DNA of 64,000 nt. It comes from Candidatus Shapirobacteria bacterium. GTDB taxonomy: Bacteria > Patescibacteriota > Microgenomatia > UBA12405. The notes beneath the pieces are model-generated. The model was not told the origin of the DNA. It ran no database searches and worked only from the letters and a program-made list of their open reading frames with translations. Positions 39,254-47,328 of the stretch are shown here, piece after piece (position 1 is the first letter of the stretch; each line of letters starts with the position of its first letter). Location: the NCBI GenBank assembly GCA_022837635.1, contig JALHFY010000001.1:96136-160135 (forward strand). The letters are read 5' to 3'. The translations under genes were made by a program, and so were the position numbers.

Positions 39254-40223
39254 CTTGAACTTGGTCGGTGGGAGTGTCCAGAGTGGTTTTACATTCCTTG
39301 GGAGATCGATTGAAAGAAGCGCAGACGGCCTCTTTGATAATATTTGGAGTCAATATAGGGGTATAAAGATTTTCCGTAAATATCTCTTTTCCAATTTTAA
39401 GACTGCCTGTGCCATCTTGGGTATAAGCTGATTTTGGCGGAAAGGAGACGTCATTAATGAAAACAGTAGGTGATCCAGAGACATCATTTTGAGTAGTCAG
39501 AGCAATTTCTTTTTCGATTAAACTAATCCCCTCTTTATTGAAGCATTCGGTAATTTTTTGAGTATCAAGACCAGCGGTTTTAGCTTGGGCTTCCCAGCAA
39601 ACATCAGCATTTTCATAATTGCAATTTTGGTTGATATTATCAATAAAGGTCCACCATTGATCTTTATTTTCAAGCATATTCCAGGCGCAAATTTCTCGGA
39701 TATTTTGGTTGGCTTCTTGGCGACCATGGAGAGCCGAGTACATGGTACCATTTTCAGCTTTAACGTAGTTGTTGGTATCCATACATTTGTTATAAGCGTC
39801 GGTAATAGTTTTCTTGCAGTCAGCTTCGTTTTTGAAGTAACCGTTTTGGATGTAAATAGAGCACTGATTAACATCACCGAAATTTTTACAGTAAGCTTGA
39901 AGATTATCGATTTTATTAAAAATATAGCGGGGGACAAAATCGGCTTTATCTTTGAGCAAGTCATAAACTGGGCGGAGAGAATCCTCAATTCGGTTACCCC
40001 AAGGGCAAAAGCTCATGACATAAAAGTCTAATTGGGGTTGATTAGTTTTTTTGGCAGCGAAAACTATGCTTTTACTTTTATCAATAGTGTTGGTGGTACT
40101 ATTCTTTTTCCAGGAATAACCCGAATAAAAGGAGGTGACCAATAGTAACAAAGATAAAATAGCAGCTATAGGAGTGGGAACAAAGATTCCAGATTGATTT
40201 TTAGAAGAAATATTTTTTGCCAT
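39228..40223 (-). CDS. Secreted Cys-rich thioredoxin-fold (DsbA-like) protein with CPWG variant motif
   Basis: N-terminal TM. FYVMSFCPWGNRI resembles the DsbA/Thioredoxin_4 CPxC site with the second Cys replaced by Gly. About 12 additional Cys. Confidence 0.35.
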   Translation of the reverse strand: MAKNISSKNQSGIFVPTPIAAILSLLLLVTSFYSGYSWKKNSTTNTIDKSKSIVFAAKKTNQPQLDFYVMSFCPWGNRIEDSLRPVYDLLKDKADFVPRYIFNKIDNLQAYCKNFGDVNQCSIYIQNGYFKNEADCKKTITDAYNKCMDTNNYVKAENGTMYSALHGRQEANQNIREICAWNMLENKDQWWTFIDNINQNCNYENADVCWEAQAKTAGLDTQKITECFNKEGISLIEKEIALTTQNDVSGSPTVFINDVSFPPKSAYTQDGTGSLKIGKEIFTENLYTPILTPNIIKEAVCASFNRSPKECKTTLDTPTDQVQGAASAGGC

Positions 40224-40241
40224 GTAGACATTAAAGCACAG

Positions 40242-40454
40242 TTATTTAGTCTCTTCAACAATGGAAATAGCACCCACCGGACAGGAACTCACTGCTGATT
40301 GAATACTTTCAGTGATAGTACTGGGTTGTTTTTTAACTTTGGCTTTATAGATAGTAGTATCCATTTCAAAGGTATCGGAATCGATTAAAGGACAAGTGTT
40401 ACAACCGATACAAAGGTCTTGATTGAGAAGTATTTTTGGTGCCATAGAGCTCAT
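40242..40454 (-). CDS. 4Fe-4S ferredoxin
   Basis: CIGCNTCP...CPVGAI cluster-binding motifs in a 70-aa protein. Confidence 0.7.
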   Translation of the reverse strand: MSSMAPKILLNQDLCIGCNTCPLIDSDTFEMDTTIYKAKVKKQPSTITESIQSAVSSCPVGAISIVEETK

Positions 40455-40954
40455 TATAGCAGAGTGCCGTTGATGTAATCTTGGTAGAATTTGCCGGAGT
40501 CTTTGATGGCGGAGAGGAGCATAGTAATCCGGTCCAGAGCATCTTGACGGGAGAGAAATTTGAGTTTATTGGGAAAAAAGTGGAAAATTTCGTTGCGGCC
40601 ATATTTCCAAGCGTTCCAGAGTTTTTCAGCCATTTCCTCCCCACTTCGACTGAGGTCGGCCAGTTTTTGGTAAATAGAAAAACGTTTGTAACGAAGAGAA
40701 GGGTTGAGAGTTTTACCAACTCGAAAACGATCACTTTGATAATTATAATTATCAATAATCCCTAATTTAAGGAAAAAATCCTTCAAATAACCTTCATAAG
40801 CCTTGGACACTGGAGCGACTAAAAAAGAATAGTCATTAACATGGTTTTTTTTAAGATTATCAAGAACCATCAAAGCATCGTCAATCAATGCTAATTGGGA
40901 AGGGGCGAGATGTTTTTTAGCCTGTTTAATTAGGCTGGGAGAAATATCGTTCAT
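40454..40954 (-). CDS. Hypothetical protein, possible HEPN-like (Rx4H motif)
   Basis: GRNEIFH near the C-terminus fits the HEPN Rx4-6H motif. Otherwise unassigned. Confidence 0.3.
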   Translation of the reverse strand: MNDISPSLIKQAKKHLAPSQLALIDDALMVLDNLKKNHVNDYSFLVAPVSKAYEGYLKDFFLKLGIIDNYNYQSDRFRVGKTLNPSLRYKRFSIYQKLADLSRSGEEMAEKLWNAWKYGRNEIFHFFPNKLKFLSRQDALDRITMLLSAIKDSGKFYQDYINGTLL

Positions 40955-41511
40955 TGTGAAAAAATAAGTAATAAGGTAAAAAGAAGATTAAAGGTGGCAA
41001 AGATATAGAGATAGTATTGAAGAGAAGAAGTTGGAAGTTGTTTCTTTTCTCGAGCAAAAAGCCAACTTTTTAAGAATTCAGGATTTTCCCGATAATCATA
41101 ATATTCTTTAAGCAAGAGATGAAGTCCGGTGGCCAAAGTAAAAGCTTTGATAAAAATATTGGGAGTAGAGGTGAAGATAAAAAAAGAAATGAGAGTTAAG
41201 ATGATTTGGAAGAAATAATGGTGGAAAATTAGGCTGGTATGTTGATGGTGAGTTGATTGAAATAACTTAAAAAGTGATTTGAAATCTTTCTTTTTCCAGG
41301 CAGTTAGAGCCAATTGACTTTCTTCAAGTTCAGGATGAAGGAAGAACCAGTAGATGAGATGATCAACTTCGATAAAAACGGAACCTATAAAAAGACCTAA
41401 AAATAGGAAAAAGAATTGATACCAAGCGACACGGTTAAAAATCCAAATAGGTAAGGTAACAGCAAAGACAATAATTGAAGGTAGAAAATAACGTCGAATA
41501 TCGTATTTCAC
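40951..41511 (-). CDS. Hypothetical membrane protein
   Basis: Four to five hydrophobic helices, His-rich loop. ORF only. Confidence 0.35.
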   Translation of the reverse strand: MKYDIRRYFLPSIIVFAVTLPIWIFNRVAWYQFFFLFLGLFIGSVFIEVDHLIYWFFLHPELEESQLALTAWKKKDFKSLFKLFQSTHHQHTSLIFHHYFFQIILTLISFFIFTSTPNIFIKAFTLATGLHLLLKEYYDYRENPEFLKSWLFAREKKQLPTSSLQYYLYIFATFNLLFTLLLIFSQ

Positions 41512-41528
41512 TAATTTATATTAGCAGA

Positions 41529-41843
41529 TTATTTAAGTGTACTTTTAGCTTTTTCCAAACGGAGTTGTTTGAGCTTCCACATGAAGAGAGCGGCTTTGTT
41601 TTTAACAGTGCCGGGACTATGGTCTTTAATATAGTAGAGAGCGGTTTCCAAAAGTTGACGATCTTCGGTTTTGGCCAGACGGATATAAAGAGATTTATGG
41701 TCCCAGTCATCAAGTTCATCGGCTAATTCCAGACCATAGGCTTGATATTCGTTTTTGACATATTTTTTACGTTTATCAAAGTTTTCTTTGAAAAGAGACA
41801 GAGTTTCAGAAATAGGTGTCGGTGCGGATTGTCTTTTGCTCAT
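41529..41843 (-). CDS. Hypothetical protein
   Basis: ORF immediately downstream of tRNA-Ala. No recognisable domain. Confidence 0.35.
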   Translation of the reverse strand: MSKRQSAPTPISETLSLFKENFDKRKKYVKNEYQAYGLELADELDDWDHKSLYIRLAKTEDRQLLETALYYIKDHSPGTVKNKAALFMWKLKQLRLEKAKSTLK

Positions 41844-41917
41844 GGTGGACCTTGGCGGACTCGAACCGCCCTCTTAGCAATGCGAATGCTATGCTCTACC
41901 AGATAAGCTAAAGGCCC
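41844..41917 (-). tRNA. tRNA-Ala (CGC), CCA encoded
   Basis: GGGCCTTTAGCTTATCTGGTAGAGCATAGCATTCGCATTGCTAAGAGGGCGGTTCGAGTCCGCCAAGGTCCACCA. G3:U70 identity pair present. Anticodon loop TTCGCAT. Confidence 0.8.
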
Positions 41918-42435
41918 TATTTTGACAGTTGCTCTATTTTATCAAGAATTTCGGGAACAATGGACTCGATTTGGATTTTTTCGGTGGCTGGTAGAGGTTG
42001 AAGAACATAGTCTTCGGCGAGAATGTTATGATTTATTGGCTTACCGATACCAACACGGATTCGCCAAAAGCCTTGGGTGCCTAAATGATCAATGATGGAT
42101 TTGATACCGTTGTGGCCGGCGGAACCTCGGTCAAATTGGAGTCGCCACTCCCCTATCGGGAGGTCCAAATCATCATGAATGACATAGATATTGTCGGGAG
42201 AAATTTTATAGAAACGGGCGACTAAACTGAGGGGTATACCCGACTCGTTCATGAAGCCGGTAGAGTGGGCAAAAATATTTTTAGATGACTCCCCCACTCT
42301 ACTTTTCAGCTTACTTTTTTCAGAGAGTCGGAGATGATATTTTTGGGCAAATTGCAGGAGAATATTTTGACCTAAATTATGACGAGTGGACTGATATTTG
42401 GTGCCGGGATTACCAAGACCAAAAAATAATTTCAT
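41917..42435 (-). CDS. pth: Peptidyl-tRNA hydrolase
   Basis: MKLFFGLGNPGTKYQSTRHNLG N-terminus and catalytic His region. Confidence 0.9.
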   Translation of the reverse strand: MKLFFGLGNPGTKYQSTRHNLGQNILLQFAQKYHLRLSEKSKLKSRVGESSKNIFAHSTGFMNESGIPLSLVARFYKISPDNIYVIHDDLDLPIGEWRLQFDRGSAGHNGIKSIIDHLGTQGFWRIRVGIGKPINHNILAEDYVLQPLPATEKIQIESIVPEILDKIEQLSK

Positions 42436-42531
42436 TTTGATATACTTTGTATTTAATTTATATATAAGTTTTGTCTAAAGATAGGTTTTATTTAATTTGA
42501 TATATTTATTAGCAGTCTGATACGGAGAGTG

Positions 42532-42933
42532 CTAAAAATTTGCTTGTTCATAAAATTGATTAAGACTGAAAAAGAGGGCTTCACTGTGAAGATAAATTAG
42601 ACTATCACAAAGAGATTGTAAGTGAGCTTTTTGAGACTCAGCAATGACGGGTATGGCGACAATAATTTTGAGTCGAGGGTAAAGTTTGCGGAGGGCTAAA
42701 ATTGGTTTTTCAAAATCAGTAGATTGACTGAGTCCGAGGTCACTGATGATCAATAAATTGGAGTCAACAGGAGCCTGTCGTTGTTCATCTAAAAAGTCTG
42801 ATAATTTTTGTCGGTATTGGTCCAGGTGAGGGTGGGAGGAATTGAGACAAACAACAGTTTTAGCACCAGGAAAATTATCCAAAATTTTTTTAGCCAAAAT
42901 TTGGGCGGAGTCAGAGTAGTTTTTGAAAATCAT
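42532..42933 (-). CDS. Hypothetical protein
   Basis: ORF only. Alpha/beta-like composition. Confidence 0.3.
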   Translation of the reverse strand: MIFKNYSDSAQILAKKILDNFPGAKTVVCLNSSHPHLDQYRQKLSDFLDEQRQAPVDSNLLIISDLGLSQSTDFEKPILALRKLYPRLKIIVAIPVIAESQKAHLQSLCDSLIYLHSEALFFSLNQFYEQANF

Positions 42934-44896
42934 TTTCGGTGATAATTTTAACGCCTAATTTTTTGGCGGCAATTAATTTAGCAGAGTTGGAGCTAGGGTC
43001 ATTGGTGATGAGGTAATTGGTGTGTCGGGTGACAGTGGAGTGAAATTTACCGCCGGAATTTTCAATTTGTTGAACCAAGTCAGCACGGGGTTGAGAGAGA
43101 GTGCCGGTGATGGCAAAGTTGAGACCAGAGAGGGATTTTTTTTGGGCTGAAGGAGTGCTTAAAGTCGTATTGACAAGTATCGATATAATCCATTCTTGCC
43201 TGAAATTTATACCATCAATAATTTTTTGAGCCAAGGTTTTTTGAAAACCTTTTTGAGATAATAAATCTTCAAGAGTTAAATTTAATAGCTTGTCTGGAGT
43301 GTCAAAACCGACCAAAATTAATTGTTGAATGCGGGCAGCAGAGAAATTGGGAATGGCGGCAGCATTGAAAACTTCTTTGAGACTGAGACTTCTTTTGGAA
43401 TCGATTTGGGCCAGGATATTTTTGGCAGATTTTTCGCCGAGATTATCTAAATTGGCAATGTCGTGAAGTTGGAGTTTATAAAAATCGCCCGGTTGTTTAA
43501 CTTTGCCGGAGTGGTAGAGTTTTTCAATAGTTTTATCTGAGAGACCAAGGATATTCAGCCGATCACAGAAAAGTTTGAGAGAACCCAGGATTTGGGGTAA
43601 ACAATGATGGCCATTGGGACACTCTAAGTTTTTGTCAGCACGGTGTAAAGGAGTTTGACAGGCGGGACAATGGGTGGGAATAGTAACGTGGCCGGGGGTA
43701 ACCTTGGTAACCACACTTTCAATATGAGGAATGACATCACCACGACGAGATATTTCAATAATGTCACCCAGATTAAGATTTTTTTTGATGACTAAATCAT
43801 AGTTACCCAGAGAAGCAAAGTTGATGACCGCGCCGGAGATTTCCACTGGTTCAATTTCGGCAACGGGGGTGACGGAGCCCAAAGGGCCGACTTGCCAGAT
43901 AATTTTTTGAATTACACTTTGGTTGGAGTCAGCTGGGAATTTATAAGCCACTTGGTATTTAGGGCGGCCATTTTTTTCACCCAGACTTTGGGCAATATTC
44001 AGATTATTGATTTTGACGACTAAACCATCGATGTCAAAGGGGTAGTCTCCCCTATCTCGGCGTAAAAAATTTTGATAAATTGTTTCCACTTCTTCAAAAC
44101 TGTGACAGAGATGTGATTCCACCGGAGTAAAGCCCAGGTTTTTAAGCAAGTTTATTTTTTCTAGTTCAGTGTCAAGTGTGGGAGTGTTGACAGAAATGTC
44201 GGTAGCGTATAAAGAGCAAAGTTCAGAATACATACCATCCAGGCGTTGAGATAGACCGGAGGCGGCATTGCGAGGATTGGAATAAAATCCCTCCGGTCCC
44301 GATAAAATTGTTTTTTTTACGAGTTGATTTAATTTAATAAAGTCTTTTTTAGTCACCAAGATTTCACAGCGAACGGAACCGGTAAATTTTTTGGCAGTGC
44401 TTAAAACTACTTGTTTCATTTTGACTACATTTTGAGTAATGACATCGCCGGTGTGACCGTCACCTCTGGTAATGGCGTCTACAAGTTGGCCATTTTGATA
44501 TTCGATTTCCAGAGAAATACCGTCACATTTGGGCTGGACCAGAAAATCTTCCCCAATTTCCCTCTTATCCCCTTTTGACAAAGGGGAGGATAAAATTTTC
44601 TTTTTAAGTTCAAAGTAATGGACCAGATCGGAGTAGGTACTGACTTTGTTTTGAGAACCCATAGTGAGAGAGTGGGCTTTTTTCTCCCAGCCGGTGTCGA
44701 AATTGTCATGACCGACTTTGGAAAAGAGCCGATGATAGGGTGCTTTTTTCTTTAAGACAGCCTCAAGAGTATCGTAGGTGTGGTCGTCCATAATGGGCCG
44801 ACCGGTAGTGTAATAAGCTTTTTTGGCGTCGACTAAAATTTCACCTAGTTTTTGAGGAGAAATGCTTTCCAAGTCAAAATCAGCAAGAGAGTACAT
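42911..44896 (-). CDS. ligA: NAD-dependent DNA ligase
   Basis: Adenylation KxDG (QPKCDGISLEIEY), Zn-finger Cys4 (CPACQ...CPNGHHC), HhH and C-terminal BRCT. Confidence 0.9.
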   Translation of the reverse strand: MYSLADFDLESISPQKLGEILVDAKKAYYTTGRPIMDDHTYDTLEAVLKKKAPYHRLFSKVGHDNFDTGWEKKAHSLTMGSQNKVSTYSDLVHYFELKKKILSSPLSKGDKREIGEDFLVQPKCDGISLEIEYQNGQLVDAITRGDGHTGDVITQNVVKMKQVVLSTAKKFTGSVRCEILVTKKDFIKLNQLVKKTILSGPEGFYSNPRNAASGLSQRLDGMYSELCSLYATDISVNTPTLDTELEKINLLKNLGFTPVESHLCHSFEEVETIYQNFLRRDRGDYPFDIDGLVVKINNLNIAQSLGEKNGRPKYQVAYKFPADSNQSVIQKIIWQVGPLGSVTPVAEIEPVEISGAVINFASLGNYDLVIKKNLNLGDIIEISRRGDVIPHIESVVTKVTPGHVTIPTHCPACQTPLHRADKNLECPNGHHCLPQILGSLKLFCDRLNILGLSDKTIEKLYHSGKVKQPGDFYKLQLHDIANLDNLGEKSAKNILAQIDSKRSLSLKEVFNAAAIPNFSAARIQQLILVGFDTPDKLLNLTLEDLLSQKGFQKTLAQKIIDGINFRQEWIISILVNTTLSTPSAQKKSLSGLNFAITGTLSQPRADLVQQIENSGGKFHSTVTRHTNYLITNDPSSNSAKLIAAKKLGVKIITENDFQKLL

Positions 44897-44920
44897 GGGA
44901 TTATTATACTGGAAAATCTA

Positions 44921-44992
44921 CCCCTTAATCCCCTCCTTTGATGAAAGGAGGGGAACATTTGAATATAAAACCCCTCTTTATTCAAAGAGGGG
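44921..44992 (+). repeat. Two GC-rich hairpins (CCCCTCCTTT-GATG-AAAGGAGGGG and CCCCTCTTT-ATTC-AAAGAGGGG)
   Basis: Perfect 10- and 9-bp stems read from the sequence. The first is preceded by CCCCTTAATC, identical to the element at 52031-52064. Confidence 0.7.
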
Positions 44993-45002
44993 TAGGGGTG
45001 AT

Positions 45003-46133
45003 TTAGACATTACTTAGGCAATAATAAGCACCCTTGGTGGAGCCACGTTTTTGGACGACTTTATCATCAATCAGTTTTTTGAGGTCACGCCAAATAGTGT
45101 CATCACTGACCATGGGTAAAAGGGATTTGGCGTCGGGCATGCGGAGACCACCGAATTGTTGCATGTATTCGACTAATTTAATTTGTCTTTCACTAAGATG
45201 AATTTGTTTACCACCTAGTTTTTGTTTGAATTTAAGGTCCCGAGAGAGGGTTTGAACTTTGTCTTTGACCCGAGACAATTCAATGGCTAGGACTTCGGTG
45301 TAATAGGTTACCCAATCAGTAAGGTCGCGTTCAAAGATATCGCTGTCTTTTTCGTGGGTTGATTGAAGAGTGTTGTAATAGGTTTCAGCGTTACGATCAA
45401 AATATTCCTCAATAGAGAAAAGACGGCGAATGTCATAACCTTCAACATAAAGAGGTAAAATACCGAAAGCTCGGGAAACACGGCCATTACCTTCGACAAA
45501 AGGGTGGATGGCGACTAAAATGTATTGGGTAATAGCGGCACGGATAGCGGGATGAATCTCTCTGGATTTGGGCTCGTTGAGCCAGGCAACAAAGTCAGAC
45601 ATTAAATATGGGACTTCAATGGCTGGAGGTGGTCGATGAGCAATTTCTCCGGTTTGGGTATTTTTTAAGACGACTTGTTGGCGACGATATTTACCAATAT
45701 CGGCTTCGTCGATGATTTTGGTAGTAGTTAGTTCGTGGATTTTTTTAATAATGCTTTCGCTATAAAAAAAAGGTCGGTTTTTAGGATCGACTCCCTCTTT
45801 ATATTTTTCCTCAGGTAAGGGTAAACCAGCATCAAAGGTGGCCCAGATTTCTTCAAGGTAATTAATAACATTGCGGTAGTTGATGACTTCCTGAATATCC
45901 CGATCGGCAGCGGTAACTTGGCGGCCTTCGACCAATTTGGCCACGTCTTGGTAAGTTAGGTCATTACCTTCGATACGAGTACCATAGTGAACAGTCCGGA
46001 TGACAGCTTCCTGTTGAAATTGTTTTTCATAGGCAGGAATTAAGGGAGCCTCATCGATAACCGCTTTAGCGGCTTCGAGAGTACCGATGTTTTTTAGAAT
46101 CTGGTTATTAATGGTAAATATCGGAGAAAACAT
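45003..46133 (-). CDS. Fic/DOC-family protein with C-terminal wHTH
   Basis: Canonical Fic motif HPFVEGNGRVSRAF. TRIEGN segment near the N-terminus resembles the auto-inhibitory (S/T)xxxE(G/N) helix. Confidence 0.8.
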   Translation of the reverse strand: MFSPIFTINNQILKNIGTLEAAKAVIDEAPLIPAYEKQFQQEAVIRTVHYGTRIEGNDLTYQDVAKLVEGRQVTAADRDIQEVINYRNVINYLEEIWATFDAGLPLPEEKYKEGVDPKNRPFFYSESIIKKIHELTTTKIIDEADIGKYRRQQVVLKNTQTGEIAHRPPPAIEVPYLMSDFVAWLNEPKSREIHPAIRAAITQYILVAIHPFVEGNGRVSRAFGILPLYVEGYDIRRLFSIEEYFDRNAETYYNTLQSTHEKDSDIFERDLTDWVTYYTEVLAIELSRVKDKVQTLSRDLKFKQKLGGKQIHLSERQIKLVEYMQQFGGLRMPDAKSLLPMVSDDTIWRDLKKLIDDKVVQKRGSTKGAYYCLSNV

Positions 46134-46190
46134 GGTGGCCTTATTATAGCAGTTTTTTTTAAGATGTGAGGAAAAAATGCGGTTAATGGT

Positions 46191-46683
46191 AAAACCCTAT
46201 CCCCTCCCCCTTTCCCTTGACAGGGCAAGGGGTTTATATTTAATGTAATATAAAATACACATGAAAAATGGAATTGTAGTTGAATTAAAAACAAGAAAAT
46301 TTCATGTTCGATATTTGGAAAAATTAACTAGAGAATCCAGATTGCATCGTCGAAATCAAACGGAAGCAGAAAAAATAGTTTGGGAACAATTATTGCGACG
46401 AAAACAATTAGGAGTTAAGTTTGTACGTCAAAAAGCTGTTGATAGGTTTATATTAGATTTTTATTGTGCTGATTTATGTTTGGCAATAGAAATTGATGGA
46501 GATTATCACTTAAAGATTAAAGATAAAGATGATTATCGAGACAAGTTTTTACAAGCTTGTGGGATTCGAACTCTAAGATTTACTAACACGGAAGTATTAA
46601 CTGATTTAAATAAAGTTAAATCTACAATTTTGGAATTTATTCACCCTGCCCTGTCAAGGGAAGGGATGGGGAAGGGTTTTTAA
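46191..46683 (+). mobile_element. DUF559 endonuclease ORF bracketed by ~44-bp imperfect inverted repeats
   Basis: Left IR 46191-46234 (AAAACCCTATCCCCTCCCCCTTTCCCTTGACAGGGCAAGGGGTTT). Right IR 46641-46683 (reverse complement AAAAACCCTTCCCCATCCCTTCCCTTGACAGGGCAGGGTG). The right IR encodes the ORF C-terminus and stop. Confidence 0.5.
46261..46683 (+). CDS. DUF559 (Vsr-like restriction-endonuclease-fold) domain protein
   Basis: Pattern QTEAEKIVWEQLLRRKQLGVKFVRQKAVDRFILDFYCADLCLAIEIDGDYH...IRTLRFTNTEV is typical of DUF559. Confidence 0.7.
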   Translation: MKNGIVVELKTRKFHVRYLEKLTRESRLHRRNQTEAEKIVWEQLLRRKQLGVKFVRQKAVDRFILDFYCADLCLAIEIDGDYHLKIKDKDDYRDKFLQACGIRTLRFTNTEVLTDLNKVKSTILEFIHPALSREGMGKGF

Positions 46684-47306
46684 CTCAACAAAAACCAATC
46701 TAGGGCGCTTTTGGGGTCAACATTGGCTTCAATTAGTTCAAGAGAATGAATGAGGGCGGAGAGTTTTTTGGCGCTTTGAGCTGAGGGTTGTTGAATTAAT
46801 TCGATTTGCCAGGCAGTTATTTGTTCTAGAAGTAGATCTTTAATTTCACTTTTGTCGGTGTAAAGAGTTGGGGCTAAATTTAGATCTTTTTTAACTTGGC
46901 CACTGGTTTTAATGGGAGTGACCGATTTTGTCGGTTGAGTTTCAACGACTTTGATTTGGTGACAACGAGAGATGATAGTAGGTAGCAGTCGAGCGGGATG
47001 GGTAGATGTCAGAATAATATAGTTGTTTTCACCGGGATCTTCGAGGGTTTTTAAGAGAGTATTTTGAGATTCTAAATTAAGCTGGTGAGCTTCAGGGATA
47101 AAAATAATTTTACTGGGATGGTTGTAGGCTTTTTGAGAGAGAAATTTTTTGAGTTTACGGACGGCTTCGATACTATAATCAGTGAGTTCAAAAAGATCGG
47201 GGTTATTGTCAGGAAGATGGTTTAATTTGGAAAAAATTTCCAGTGCTTTTTGACGTGAAGATTGGGGGGAAGAGCTGATAATTAGGCTTGAAGGAAAGGG
47301 TGTCAT
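46680..47306 (-). CDS. holB: DNA polymerase III delta-prime subunit, short form lacking Walker A region
   Basis: LLKTLEDPGENNYIILTSTHPARLLPTIISRCHQIKV matches the delta-prime sensor/SRC region. Confidence 0.6.
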   Translation of the reverse strand: MTPFPSSLIISSSPQSSRQKALEIFSKLNHLPDNNPDLFELTDYSIEAVRKLKKFLSQKAYNHPSKIIFIPEAHQLNLESQNTLLKTLEDPGENNYIILTSTHPARLLPTIISRCHQIKVVETQPTKSVTPIKTSGQVKKDLNLAPTLYTDKSEIKDLLLEQITAWQIELIQQPSAQSAKKLSALIHSLELIEANVDPKSALDWFLLS

Positions 47307-47328
47307 AGTTTACTATAGATTATAGTGT

